Source of the DNA: a virus
Lineage: Duplodnaviria; Caudoviricetes
Length of the DNA: 50,602 nt
Reading direction: 5' to 3' (one strand)
Virus record (IMG/VR): IMGVR_UViG_3300027747_000206
Coordinates: 1-50,602 of that record
Positions 1-9,561 of the stretch are shown piece after piece (position 1 is the first letter of the stretch; each line of letters begins with the position of its first letter). The notes under the pieces are model-generated. The model did no database searches. It saw only the letters and a program-made list of their open reading frames with translations, and had not been told where the DNA came from. A program made the translations under genes and the position numbers.

Positions 1-580
1 TTGTTACGCCTGTTCCTGTGTCATCTAAAAACAAACAAGTTCCATTACCTACAGAAGTATGATAAACACCCCAATTAGATGTAGAACCAGCATATTTTTT
101 AATAATAATACAACCAGGAACAGAACCAAGATTATGTGATATTGTTCTGTTAGCCCCATCCCCCGTGTACGTCACAACATCAAAAAACTTAGTTTGTTTT
201 CTGAATGTCCATGAGACTTGTGTTGACCCTGTTGTATTACTAGAACCCCCGCCATCAGTTCCTAAAGTAAATCCAGTAGCGGTGTATCCCGTTACCGCAC
301 TAGCATCTGTTGTTTGTGCTGATGTGCGTGAAGGAGCTAAACCTTTACTTACGCCCCTTGCGCTATCTGTAATCCACGCAGAATAAGCATTGCTCCTAGA
401 TTTCAACCATAACATCCCACCGCTACCAGCTAGATCAATACCATTAGTAATTGTCTGTGCTGCACCTGTACCAGTGTAAAGGTAAGTGCTAAACACATCC
501 TCGATGTAATTAACAACCGCTGCAGCACCGCCACCATAAGCGTCTTGCGTTGAATTACCTGATGTTTCTTGTAATGGCAT
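1..580 (-). CDS. Tail fibre / receptor-binding-type protein, N-terminal part (runs off the window start)
   Basis: Not in the ORF track. ATG at 580 reads MPLQETSGNSTQDAYGGG...VFSTYLYTGTG...FFDVVTYTGDGANRTISHNLGSVPGCIIIK and stays open to base 1. Same FFDxVxYTG...HNLGxVP motif as the ORF at the window end. Confidence 0.85.
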   Translation of the reverse strand, partial: MPLQETSGNSTQDAYGGGAAAVVNYIEDVFSTYLYTGTGAAQTITNGIDLAGSGGMLWLKSRSNAYSAWITDSARGVSKGLAPSRTSAQTTDASAVTGYTATGFTLGTDGGGSSNTTGSTQVSWTFRKQTKFFDVVTYTGDGANRTISHNLGSVPGCIIIKKYAGSTSNWGVYHTSVGNGTCLFLDDTGTGVT

Positions 581-582
581 GA

Positions 583-1497
583 TTATTTGTACTGTGTTAA
601 TGAAGCTAAAACAGAATATGTTGCACTTGCAGTCTTGATAACGGCAAACCTATAAACATCAAATCCTGACGCATTACCCGCAGTAGGCGCACCACCAATC
701 CACTTAGGCGTGACTGATGTTCCATCTATTGTGACTGCGCTGTTGTAATAAGCCGTAGTGCTTTGAGTTGTGACTAAAGTAAACGTGACTGATTGGCCTG
801 TAGTCAATGCCGTATTTAATGACGTTCCGCTAGAAAACGCAATATTAAGCGTCCAGTTGTTCGCTGCATTAGATGTGTAATACTGAACTGATCCGCTTTG
901 AACATAGTAATTAGTTGTTGAAGATGGGGCAGAAGCTACCACATTGACAGTTTCAGCAGAGTCGAGCAACACCGTACCAAATATGCTTGACGTACCGTTA
1001 AATGTTTGTGTGCCCGTCCAAGTATTGTTGGCGGATAAAGAAACGCCAGCAGTAGGAGCTACCCAAGAAGCTGTAGTTCCATTCGATGTCAGAATGTATG
1101 TGTTAGCACCTATTGCCAATCTTGTTGCGCTATTAGTTCCATTACCAAGAATCAAATCACCTGTTGTGGTGATAGGAGACAAAGCATTAAAAGCCGCAGA
1201 TGCTGTTGTCTGTCCTGTGCCACCATTTGCAATAGCTAATGTTCCAGCAAGCGTTACTGCTCCAGTTGTTGCTGTGTTAGGGGTTAAACCAGTTGTTCCT
1301 GCACTAAATGATGAAACATTTATGTTGCCTGCTTTTGATGCAATAGTTTGTACAACTCCACCACTATCCTTATAGAACAATTTGCCATCAGCGTAGTTAA
1401 TTGCTAACTCACCCGATGCTAAATTAGCCGCTAAAGGTACATTTGTGGTCGTGCCACTGTTGTACGTTATGATTGGTGTATAGCCTGACTGTGCCAT
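583..1497 (-). CDS. Tail fibre-associated protein
   Basis: Thr/Gly/Ala-rich. N-terminal LASGELAINYADGKLFYKD motif and GTLAIANGGTG repeat typical of phage fibres. Confidence 0.75.
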   Translation of the reverse strand: MAQSGYTPIITYNSGTTTNVPLAANLASGELAINYADGKLFYKDSGGVVQTIASKAGNINVSSFSAGTTGLTPNTATTGAVTLAGTLAIANGGTGQTTASAAFNALSPITTTGDLILGNGTNSATRLAIGANTYILTSNGTTASWVAPTAGVSLSANNTWTGTQTFNGTSSIFGTVLLDSAETVNVVASAPSSTTNYYVQSGSVQYYTSNAANNWTLNIAFSSGTSLNTALTTGQSVTFTLVTTQSTTAYYNSAVTIDGTSVTPKWIGGAPTAGNASGFDVYRFAVIKTASATYSVLASLTQYK

Positions 1498-3371
1498 TAG
1501 AATGTTCCTCCGTTGATGCCTGCTGTGAGCGCATTATTTGTGTAATTGTAAGTCAATAATGTGTTTGTTGTAAGAGGTTGATTACCTGTAGCAGATGCAC
1601 TAAATGTCAAGTAATTTGTTGCCCCAGTACCTGCAGACAATCCCACATTGGTTGCATTTGTTGCAGTTCCAGAAGTTGCAGAATTCAAGTTAGCCACCTG
1701 AGTCGTACTAGCTACCGTGAACGGTGCAGTACCAGTTGCCAAAGTGGATGTTATTACACCAGTTGCTGATACCGTTGTGAACGCTCCTGTATTTGCAGTT
1801 GTTGCGCCTACAGTGCCGTTGATGTTGATAGAGGCGGTTCCAGTAAGGTTTGTAACGGTTCCAGAGCTTGGTGTACCCAATGCCCCACCATTGACTACAA
1901 AAGCTCCTGTAGAGCCTGTATTCACGCCTAAAGCAGTAACAACACCAGTTCCAGTTGTTATGGTGCTTGGAGCAACACCTGCACCCCCTCCAATCATAAT
2001 GGCATTCGCAGTTAATACTGCGCTAGATGCCCATGTGCTTGCTGAACTGAAATAAACAATACCACCTGAAGTACCAGCGACTGTCAAAGCAGGGGTTGTG
2101 GTAGCCGTTGCCACCGATATTATTCCACCTGTAAACGATACTGAAGTAACCGTTCCTGAACTTGTGCTTATAGTTGCCCAAGTACCATCTCCACGCAAAT
2201 AAGTTGTGCTTGATGGCGTTCCTGTAACTGCACCTGACAAAGCGGTTACGCTTGAAATTAAAGTTCCACTTGTTGGTAATGTTACCGCAGTGTTAGCTGT
2301 AGCCGTAAAACTTTGCGTAAAAGCACCTGAATGGGTCAAGTTACCTGCTATAGTGATTGTGCTAGAACCATTATTAACTCCTGTTCCACCACTTGAACCA
2401 CCCAAAGTACCAGCCAAAGTAATGGCTCCAGTAGATGCAGTTGAAGGTGTTAACCCACTCAGTGATGTTTGAAACGTTGTTACCCCCCCAGCGCTTCCAT
2501 TCGCAGCTAAAGTAATCCTACCTTGAGCATCAACAGTGATGTTTGCATTGGTATAAGCACCAGCCGTTACAGCAGTATTGGCTAAAGAAATAGTACCTAT
2601 AGATGTGATTGGGCCACCAGTTAAACCAGTTCCAGTTGCAATAGAAGTTACGCCAGAACCTGTTACTATTGCGCCCCAAGCTCCATTAGCATAACCCTCA
2701 AAGGTACCTGTTGAGGTGTTATACCTTAAAGTACCATTAGAGCCTGATCTTTGAGCAGTTGTGCCTGCAGGGATAGTCAATCCTGAAGTACCTGTTAAAA
2801 CAGGGTTGTCAGCAATTGCAATTGTTGGAGCACCACCAGAGGCATTACCATTGGTAATAGTAATTGAATTGGCAGTACCTGTAATGGTTGTTTGACTAAC
2901 AACAGTCCCACTTACAGTTAACAGTCCTGTGCCTGAAACTGAGGCAAAATTAGCCATAATCCCTGACAAACTAATTGTAGGGTCACCACTAATACCACTG
3001 CCATTAGATATAGAAAGCCCTGAGCCAGATACAGCAACTGATCTGTTAATCAATGTGGTACTGCCTGTCTTAACTTGGAAACCTGTTCCAGAGGTCACCA
3101 AGGCCAAAGGAGCACCAACCAAGTTAATAGCAAAAGTAGAGCCTGCACCACCATCTACAGTGGTCATTCCTGCACCTGTGGTGATGTATCTAGATGAACC
3201 CAAAGCACCTGTAGCTTGAGTCATCAAGAAGGGGTAAGTAGACAGGTTAGAAGTAGCTTGGATAGCTCCTGTGGTTGTCTGTACAGTTACCCCATTTTGA
3301 ACGACTGGAACTGCCTCAGTGCCTGTTAGAGCACTTGCTGTTGGTAATTGCGTGATGGTTACATTTGCCAT
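1497..3371 (-). CDS. Tail fibre protein
   Basis: 624 aa, G/T/S/A-rich, with fibre motifs PAGTTAQR...LRYNTSTGTFEGY and VTAGAYTNANITVDAQGRITLA. Confidence 0.8.
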   Translation of the reverse strand: MANVTITQLPTASALTGTEAVPVVQNGVTVQTTTGAIQATSNLSTYPFLMTQATGALGSSRYITTGAGMTTVDGGAGSTFAINLVGAPLALVTSGTGFQVKTGSTTLINRSVAVSGSGLSISNGSGISGDPTISLSGIMANFASVSGTGLLTVSGTVVSQTTITGTANSITITNGNASGGAPTIAIADNPVLTGTSGLTIPAGTTAQRSGSNGTLRYNTSTGTFEGYANGAWGAIVTGSGVTSIATGTGLTGGPITSIGTISLANTAVTAGAYTNANITVDAQGRITLAANGSAGGVTTFQTSLSGLTPSTASTGAITLAGTLGGSSGGTGVNNGSSTITIAGNLTHSGAFTQSFTATANTAVTLPTSGTLISSVTALSGAVTGTPSSTTYLRGDGTWATISTSSGTVTSVSFTGGIISVATATTTPALTVAGTSGGIVYFSSASTWASSAVLTANAIMIGGGAGVAPSTITTGTGVVTALGVNTGSTGAFVVNGGALGTPSSGTVTNLTGTASININGTVGATTANTGAFTTVSATGVITSTLATGTAPFTVASTTQVANLNSATSGTATNATNVGLSAGTGATNYLTFSASATGNQPLTTNTLLTYNYTNNALTAGINGGTF

Positions 3372-3372
3372 G

Positions 3373-3720
3373 TCATTGTCCTGCTGATGGACTCAAAGTG
3401 TCCAAGTTACCATTTTGTTGTGGGGTCTGAGTATTTTGTTCTGGAGACAAGTCATACTGGGTAGTTCCTGTGGTCTCAATTGCATCTGGAACAACTGCAA
3501 TACTATCATCTGGACGAGGAAAGCGTATGGTTATTCTCTCTGTAGGGCGTGCGGCTAACCTGTAGGGATCCATATTATCTGCACAGCCTTGGTCACACAC
3601 ACGAAGTCCGGGAAAGTTTGGGTCGCTCCTCATCACCGAATGAGCACGCTTCATCTTGCACCTGTCGCAAATTGCAATAGATAATGTTGCGTTGCCAAGA
3701 GTGTCTAAGAAGATTCCCAT
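3373..3720 (-). CDS. Small Cys-motif protein (CDRC...CDQGC) of the head-tail region
   Basis: ORF tightly packed in the structural operon, with two Cys pairs. Confidence 0.65.
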   Translation of the reverse strand: MGIFLDTLGNATLSIAICDRCKMKRAHSVMRSDPNFPGLRVCDQGCADNMDPYRLAARPTERITIRFPRPDDSIAVVPDAIETTGTTQYDLSPEQNTQTPQQNGNLDTLSPSAGQ

Positions 3721-4235
3721 TACACAGTTCTCCCTTGCGCTAGTAATGTAGCCCTACGAGATGCAACACGCTTGGCGATCTGCTCAGGCGTTTGTTTGCG
3801 ACCCTTGCCTGCTTTGCCACCAAGACTGCCAAAGTTTTCTGGCATAGGCTTAGATTTGCCAACAAGCCAAGGTGTGGGTCTTGGTACGCCTTTTAATGGG
3901 CTAACGTAGTCTACCCCTCTAGGTTTGGTAACAGGAGGTTTTGTGCCACCTACATTGATGTTCCAACCAATACTCTCAGAAGGACGCAACTTGCTCTCAA
4001 TGTCGTAACAGTAATCTTCATCTGCAATTAAAACAACTTGCTTGACCAAGTTATCCCAACCATACTTATTGACAGCATTGACTAATATTGGGTTATCGTG
4101 CTTGCCTTGCTTGAATGCCCAATGATGCCCATACTTCCAACGATTCTCAGCATTTTTGGACACACCAATATACCCCTCTGAAAACATATCAGAGTGATGA
4201 GGTGCTTTGATCCAATATACTGAGGTAGTAGTCAT
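3720..4235 (-). CDS. Free-standing GIY-YIG homing endonuclease with NUMOD3-like tail
   Basis: SVYWI...GYIGVS...R (GIY-YIG variant), later E and GWNI..GG motifs, C-terminal GRKQTPEQIAKR. Confidence 0.8.
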   Translation of the reverse strand: MTTTSVYWIKAPHHSDMFSEGYIGVSKNAENRWKYGHHWAFKQGKHDNPILVNAVNKYGWDNLVKQVVLIADEDYCYDIESKLRPSESIGWNINVGGTKPPVTKPRGVDYVSPLKGVPRPTPWLVGKSKPMPENFGSLGGKAGKGRKQTPEQIAKRVASRRATLLAQGRTV

Positions 4236-4246
4236 AGTAATACTTT

Positions 4247-5320
4247 TTACCTCGTATAAACTGAAATGTTTGGGCTGAAGTACTCAGGGCTTTTATCCCT
4301 CTCTTCTTGCTCAACATCGTAGAGGAATTTATCAGCCATTTTTTCTAAATAAGGTATGCGTGTTGGGTCAATTGTTGGCAATTCCAAACTCATCCTATGG
4401 GCTAACATAAAAATAACTGCTTCATACCATCTCTGAGGTATAGCTAATTGACCAGAAAGTGATCCAACATCTTGAATATAGGCTGAATACCATACAGTCA
4501 TCTGTACAAAATAGGTATTTGGCACAGGCCATAGAGCCAAAGTAGGATATGGAATGTTTCTCTCAAAGTAAAATTGAAATGGCTGATTAGCAGTAAAGTT
4601 TTTATTAGGTAAATTGGTGTAATCGTCCCTATTTAGCCTAGACATCGTGATTTCACGACTGTTGTTGCCAAAATAAAGCTCACGAAGAGCTAAGGTAGTC
4701 CCTCCAGTGGCTTGCATACGGTAGTAAGCTACGTTGGCCCCGGGGTCTATGTCTTGCCACACCCACTGCAAATCAGTCACAGCGACATTAGTACCAGTGT
4801 ATAGCGTAGTCCATGTTGTTCCATCACTTGAACTCTGTAGCGTATAGTTCCAAGTTGCACTACCACCACCAGAAATGTAAGGCATGAAACCAATAGAGCC
4901 AATATATTGTGGGTCATTAGTTCCATAGACTACTGTAAAGTTACCATTTGCTGAAGATTGCTGTGCATAAGTGTCTACATTGCCATCATAGATGTTTGCA
5001 ACTGAACCACCTGCACTAGAGGTGTAGTTTCCATTAGGTCTAGCCATTGTTCTGTAGAGAACATTCAATACATCATTTGCCCCTGCAGGCAAGTTGTACA
5101 TATATTGATTGGCATTTAATCCAAGGACTAACTTAGTAACAGCAAAGTACTGAATACCTCTGTTCATCATGTTGGACAGAAGAAAGTACAGGTTCTCTCG
5201 TGCGGCTATCTGCTGTTCAGACGTAATCTCCTCAGCTAACTTCCCACACCTACGCACAGCGTGATCAATAACTGTCTGTACGCTGACAACTGTTTGACCT
5301 GTTGTACCTGAGTATGCCAT
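4247..5320 (-). CDS. Head-tail adaptor-like virion protein with inserted discoidin-like domain
   Basis: Adaptor-like N-terminus and C-terminus (RDDYTNLPNK...LWPVP...IPQRWYEA). Central insert LQSSSDGTTWTTL...YYRM resembles the F5/8 type C fold. Confidence 0.6.
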   Translation of the reverse strand: MAYSGTTGQTVVSVQTVIDHAVRRCGKLAEEITSEQQIAARENLYFLLSNMMNRGIQYFAVTKLVLGLNANQYMYNLPAGANDVLNVLYRTMARPNGNYTSSAGGSVANIYDGNVDTYAQQSSANGNFTVVYGTNDPQYIGSIGFMPYISGGGSATWNYTLQSSSDGTTWTTLYTGTNVAVTDLQWVWQDIDPGANVAYYRMQATGGTTLALRELYFGNNSREITMSRLNRDDYTNLPNKNFTANQPFQFYFERNIPYPTLALWPVPNTYFVQMTVWYSAYIQDVGSLSGQLAIPQRWYEAVIFMLAHRMSLELPTIDPTRIPYLEKMADKFLYDVEQEERDKSPEYFSPNISVYTR

Positions 5321-5329
5321 TTGTTTTCC

Positions 5330-5581
5330 TTACCAACCAGAACAGTTCCAACGCTTGAGTGATGCTTTTGCTCTTGGAGCATCTCCCTTTGCGTGAGCAA
5401 CTACCCCTGACATCCTTGCACAAAACGAATCTTTCCTAGCACCACCCTGAGGTTGTGGAGCTTTTAAATGGCTTCCAGTCTCTCTGTTGTACTTAGCCCT
5501 ACCTTTGGCTGTTAAACCTGCTCCCTTGCTTACAGGAAGTTTCTCGCCACGACCTATTGCTAATGAAGGATTCTTTGCCAT
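5330..5581 (-). CDS. Small basic phage protein (DUF6321-like)
   Basis: GLTAKGRAKYN...LKAP...RKDSFCARM...LKRWNC. Start placed at ATG 5581, overlapping the upstream stop (TAATG). Confidence 0.7.
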   Translation of the reverse strand: MAKNPSLAIGRGEKLPVSKGAGLTAKGRAKYNRETGSHLKAPQPQGGARKDSFCARMSGVVAHAKGDAPRAKASLKRWNCSGW

Positions 5582-5880
5582 TACCAACAAGGGCAGACTT
5601 TTCCACCCCCCTTATGTTTTGCAGTTTTAGCTGATTGCTTAAAAGCATCTGCAGTTGGAGCACCTTTAGATCCTGTTTTACGCATATGTTCACCAGAACC
5701 ATGGGCTATACGTTCTTGTTTTGCATGAATATTGGCATAAAGTCCACCTTTGGCAAACTTCTTACCCTCATCAGCCTTAACAAATTCTTTGCCTACCTTT
5801 TGTGGTACGCCACCATATCCACCCTTGGTGTGGGCAGATATTTCCATCAGTTTATGTTGAGCAGGTGATTTGCTTGGCAT
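5581..5880 (-). CDS. Small basic protein with xxKGG motifs
   Basis: MPSKSPAQHKLM...; FAKGG; operon packing. Confidence 0.7.
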   Translation of the reverse strand: MPSKSPAQHKLMEISAHTKGGYGGVPQKVGKEFVKADEGKKFAKGGLYANIHAKQERIAHGSGEHMRKTGSKGAPTADAFKQSAKTAKHKGGGKVCPCW

Positions 5881-5882
5881 GA

Positions 5883-6302
5883 TTAGCCCATAGGATTGAC
5901 GTAATGTTTTTGCATTTCAAGAATGACTGTATACGAATCTCCTGCACCACCATCTAAAGTAGTAAAAGAAATAGATCCAGTTTTTCCTGATCCTGAATTG
6001 TTTGTTAATCCACCAAAACTTGAATAATCTTGCGTGTACGCATTATTTTGTGGAATAGTCTCAATGACTACAGGTGCTGTTGCAACCCAATTCATCTGAA
6101 CCTCAAGTCCATGCGTTAATGCAGTTACTTTAAGAATGCTTACAGCATCACAAGCACCACCTGCATTAGATGCAGTTAAATTTGCAGGGTTAACTTTTAC
6201 AACAGCAGACTCATTTTCGGTCGCAGTCATTGTTGCATAAAATTTCATAATAGCGATTCTCTCGCCATCAAATATTGTTTGCGATGTGGCTGTAATTGCC
6301 AT
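5883..6302 (-). CDS. Putative structural protein
   Basis: Start moved to ATG 6302 (MAITATSQ), which has GGAGA as RBS. Confidence 0.7.
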   Translation of the reverse strand: MAITATSQTIFDGERIAIMKFYATMTATENESAVVKVNPANLTASNAGGACDAVSILKVTALTHGLEVQMNWVATAPVVIETIPQNNAYTQDYSSFGGLTNNSGSGKTGSISFTTLDGGAGDSYTVILEMQKHYVNPMG

Positions 6303-6345
6303 AATTATCTCCAATGAAGAGTGGGAGCCTAAGCCCCCACCTTGC

Positions 6346-7572
6346 TTAACACTTAATACTACCACCACGCTTTTTAGCAGGTGTTACAGTTACCGATTCT
6401 TTACTCTTGGTAACACTGCCTGCAGGCTTGGCTTCATTCATACCCATCAGATTTTTAGCTCCTTGGTATATCTTTGAAGGAATACTTCTAATGTACTTAG
6501 CAGTATCCATATCTTCGTTGTATACACCTTGGAGTGTCTTGTCAAAAGCACCTTTAGATAAGTCATTTACTGGAGGCTTTGAAACAGCACTGCCTTCTTC
6601 ACCACTAAACTTCATGACCTTACCACCCTTTTTAAAGGTGCCAGATAATTGGTTTATGTGAACTGGCTTAGATGCAGGCTTTTGTCCTTGTGGCATTGCC
6701 ACGGCATGACCAGTGCGATTAACACTGCCCCCCGTGGCGAAGTGCTTTTTTAATGCACCACCTTTCTTGTAACCACCACCATTTGACTCTTTAACAGCAC
6801 CAGTTGTTGTATTGGTCACGCCCTTAGGAGTTCCAACAACATTGTCAACAGCGTACTTGTTTACGTTACCACTTATGGCATATTTGGCTTTTCCACCCTT
6901 TTTAAAACCACCTGCGTTGGACATTCTTACGCCACCAGTACCATTAGCATTGTCAGGCTTGGCTTGATGAACCAAAGTTGTGTCGTAATCACCAGAAGAA
7001 GTCTCTGAGTTAATAGATCCACCCTTCTTGTAACCACCTCCATTGCCTTTCTTAACAGAACCAGTGCCATGAGCACTGTCTTTCTTGGAAGTATCCATTT
7101 TAGTTTTTTCGTAAGGCTTTAAATTGCCTTTCATGGTAGTTTTGGTTTCATCAGCATCAATCATCTCACCTGATGCTTGTCCACCTGACTTGAGACCCTT
7201 ATGAGCTTTACTAGCCTTCATGGATTCATGGTGCTTGAGTTCTTTCTCAATCTTGCCCATTTCTTTCATTTCAGCTTTGTGCTCTTTTGGTGACTCCATT
7301 TCTCCACCTTTTTTCATCACAGGTGTAGGCATAGCAGTAGGCATGGCTGTCATAGCCCTACGTCTTATAGCCATTGGAGGCTTTTTAGGAGCCATAGCCA
7401 TCATAGCAGGAGGCATTCCACGAGCCATCATTGGCCCTGCCATACCACCATCCATCATCTTGTGACCATGCTCAGACTTTTTCTTCATGGAAACATGACC
7501 ACCTTTTTTGAGCTTCAGTTCAACTGAAGGCTCAGTGGTCTCCATCTTCACCATTGGTTTAAATTGTCCCAT
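6346..7572 (-). CDS. Lys-rich low-complexity protein with ~10 xxxGG motifs, probable internal head protein
   Basis: Repeated LKKGG/MKKGG/YKKGG/FKKGG/FATGG; GGAGG RBS; position after the capsid genes. Confidence 0.75.
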   Translation of the reverse strand: MGQFKPMVKMETTEPSVELKLKKGGHVSMKKKSEHGHKMMDGGMAGPMMARGMPPAMMAMAPKKPPMAIRRRAMTAMPTAMPTPVMKKGGEMESPKEHKAEMKEMGKIEKELKHHESMKASKAHKGLKSGGQASGEMIDADETKTTMKGNLKPYEKTKMDTSKKDSAHGTGSVKKGNGGGYKKGGSINSETSSGDYDTTLVHQAKPDNANGTGGVRMSNAGGFKKGGKAKYAISGNVNKYAVDNVVGTPKGVTNTTTGAVKESNGGGYKKGGALKKHFATGGSVNRTGHAVAMPQGQKPASKPVHINQLSGTFKKGGKVMKFSGEEGSAVSKPPVNDLSKGAFDKTLQGVYNEDMDTAKYIRSIPSKIYQGAKNLMGMNEAKPAGSVTKSKESVTVTPAKKRGGSIKC

Positions 7573-7584
7573 TTTGGCCTCCTA

Positions 7585-8559
7585 TTAGGATACTAAGTTT
7601 TGGTTGACACCAAGAGCACCAACACGAGTAGCGTTAGGGCCAACTGCAATACCTGGGCACAATATACCCATCACTGTGCGAACAATACCGTTTGATGCAG
7701 TCGCTGGTACATAAGTCCCACGAACATCACCAGTACCTGTGGTTGCTGTAGCAGTGTCTGCTGCAACAAAAGTGCCTGCGTCTTGCGCCAATGTGTTGTT
7801 TGACTTAACGCTTGCAATGTATGCTACGTTAAACACACGAACTGGCAAACCAAGCACATCACTTGTACCGACTACAACAGCAGTTGCAGAACCTGATATT
7901 GTGATACCAGAGATTTGGAAGAACGCTTTCAAACCAGTGACAGCAGTTGCTGCGGTTACTACAGTGATCAATTCACTCATAGGTTGACCATAATAGTCAT
8001 AACCAGTGACGGTGAATGCACGAGCAGTTGTTGAAGAATTTACTTTGACAGCACGAGGTAAATCTAACTGCAATACAGTTGTACCGTCTTGGCGTACAAC
8101 AGATTTAACTGAAGTGCCTGCTGTTAGTGTGACCGCTTGACCAGCGGTTGTTGTTGTCTGCGACGCAGCAATGTTGTTAGTCACTGCTGCTTGAGGCGCC
8201 ACATCCCAAACATAGATACGACCCAATGGGCCAATACCTAAATCCATTGGAGATGGATCATCAAATGCAATGTTGCCATGAGCAATCATTGTGGTGCTTG
8301 ATGCAGTTACTGATTGGTTAATGGTATAGGTACCAGTACCACCAGTTCCTGTGCCAAAAGCAGTAATGTATGTACCGTCGGTCACGCTAGTACCGTCAAC
8401 ATACATACCAATGACAATTGGTGCGCCTTGCAACAATGCAGTCACGGTCAATGTCGTAGTAGACATTGAGCCAGTAAATGTGGTTGTGTAGGGGCGAATA
8501 CCCGTACCCATGTAAGTTTGGGCAGGGCCTAAGAATAGATCATCTGAAAATTGAGGCAT
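7585..8559 (-). CDS. Putative capsid decoration/structural protein
   Basis: Directly downstream of the major capsid gene; Thr/Val/Gly-rich beta composition; AGGAG RBS. Confidence 0.6.
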   Translation of the reverse strand: MPQFSDDLFLGPAQTYMGTGIRPYTTTFTGSMSTTTLTVTALLQGAPIVIGMYVDGTSVTDGTYITAFGTGTGGTGTYTINQSVTASSTTMIAHGNIAFDDPSPMDLGIGPLGRIYVWDVAPQAAVTNNIAASQTTTTAGQAVTLTAGTSVKSVVRQDGTTVLQLDLPRAVKVNSSTTARAFTVTGYDYYGQPMSELITVVTAATAVTGLKAFFQISGITISGSATAVVVGTSDVLGLPVRVFNVAYIASVKSNNTLAQDAGTFVAADTATATTGTGDVRGTYVPATASNGIVRTVMGILCPGIAVGPNATRVGALGVNQNLVS

Positions 8560-8593
8560 TTTGTCTTCTCCTTGAAAAGCTTGACAAGTTAAT

Positions 8594-8626
8594 AAAAAAA
8601 TAGGGAGAGGTTTGACCCCCTCCCTT
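8594..8626 (-). terminator. Intrinsic terminator after the major capsid gene
   Basis: Minus strand AGGGAGGGG-loop-CCTCTCCCT followed by a T7 run. Confidence 0.8.
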
Positions 8627-8633
8627 TCTAGGC

Positions 8634-9548
8634 TTAAACGCCTGCTGTACCGTAAAGGGCACGAGGATCGGTAAAGCCGGGGATATAACGCTCGGTGGCT
8701 TTATATCTCATGCTGTCCGTTTCGAAGTCACCTTCCATTGTCTTCTCCAAACGTCTACGCATTAAGAGCTTCATGCCCTCAGGAGCGTCAGTCTGTACCC
8801 ACCATGCAGTGGCAGAAGTCAATCTGGAGATAACTGCGGCACCCTCGTCAAGCAAGCCAATAGACTTAATAGGATTCAAGTCATTGTTTGCTGTACCAGT
8901 ACGCAACACAGATTTCAACAGTACTTCAGCTTGGAAGATATTGCCGGGGGCCACTACAAGTTGTCGTGGAACCAAACGAATCTTCTTACCATTGTTGTCC
9001 ACAGCTTGGCGAATCTGAATCAACATCTGTTCAAGAGATGTCTGAGACAAATTAGCTGATGTAGCCAATTGGTTGCTGAACGATCCACTCACGATTGGGT
9101 GAGCAGTGTTGATCAACGATACGCCATCACCACCAACATAAGAACTATTGAATGCTCTGTTCAAAATATTTGCACAGAGAGTTTCTTTAGTCTCAATCAA
9201 TGACTGAGCGAGATGTCGAGCATACACTTGACCGATACGAATATGGTCACCGTCTTCAACCAACACTTTGGTCAATGCGAAGGCGAGGCCATACACATTG
9301 TATACATAGCGTTGGAGGAAGAGTACACCACCTTGCTGATAGGACACTGGTGTTCCATCAGGCAGTTGGGGTGCGGCTCCAAATCCATAAAGGACTGGCT
9401 CTTCGTGGTAGTTTCTAGGAATGCCCTCTTGTTCACGGAAAACACGAGACCATTCATCTTCTCGGAGGTCATAAACGCCATCAAAGCACTCATTCAAAAT
9501 GGGTTCAACGATGGATCTAAAGTCCGTACTTCGCATTGGTGCGGCCAT
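8634..9548 (-). CDS. Major capsid protein (HK97 fold, Mu gpT-like family)
   Basis: 304 aa with GGDGVSL...HP, LVVAP and [23 protein letters not shown] motifs. Follows scaffold; terminator downstream. Confidence 0.9.
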   Translation of the reverse strand: MAAPMRSTDFRSIVEPILNECFDGVYDLREDEWSRVFREQEGIPRNYHEEPVLYGFGAAPQLPDGTPVSYQQGGVLFLQRYVYNVYGLAFALTKVLVEDGDHIRIGQVYARHLAQSLIETKETLCANILNRAFNSSYVGGDGVSLINTAHPIVSGSFSNQLATSANLSQTSLEQMLIQIRQAVDNNGKKIRLVPRQLVVAPGNIFQAEVLLKSVLRTGTANNDLNPIKSIGLLDEGAAVISRLTSATAWWVQTDAPEGMKLLMRRRLEKTMEGDFETDSMRYKATERYIPGFTDPRALYGTAGV

Positions 9549-9561
9549 GGTTCAGTCCTCC

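Noticed and set aside
165-3219. Plus-strand Val/Pro/Ala-rich ORFs opposite the tail fibre genes (and similar shadow ORFs genome-wide)
   Set aside because: Antisense shadows of Thr/Gly-rich minus-strand genes, with no independent support.
3720-4246. Group I intron around the endonuclease
   Set aside because: Flanking genes appear complete and there is no room for intron core structure.
6320-6340. Hairpin GTGGGGGC-TTAG-GCTCCCAC as a terminator
   Set aside because: The U tract is weak, so it was not called; it may be a processing or attenuation hairpin.
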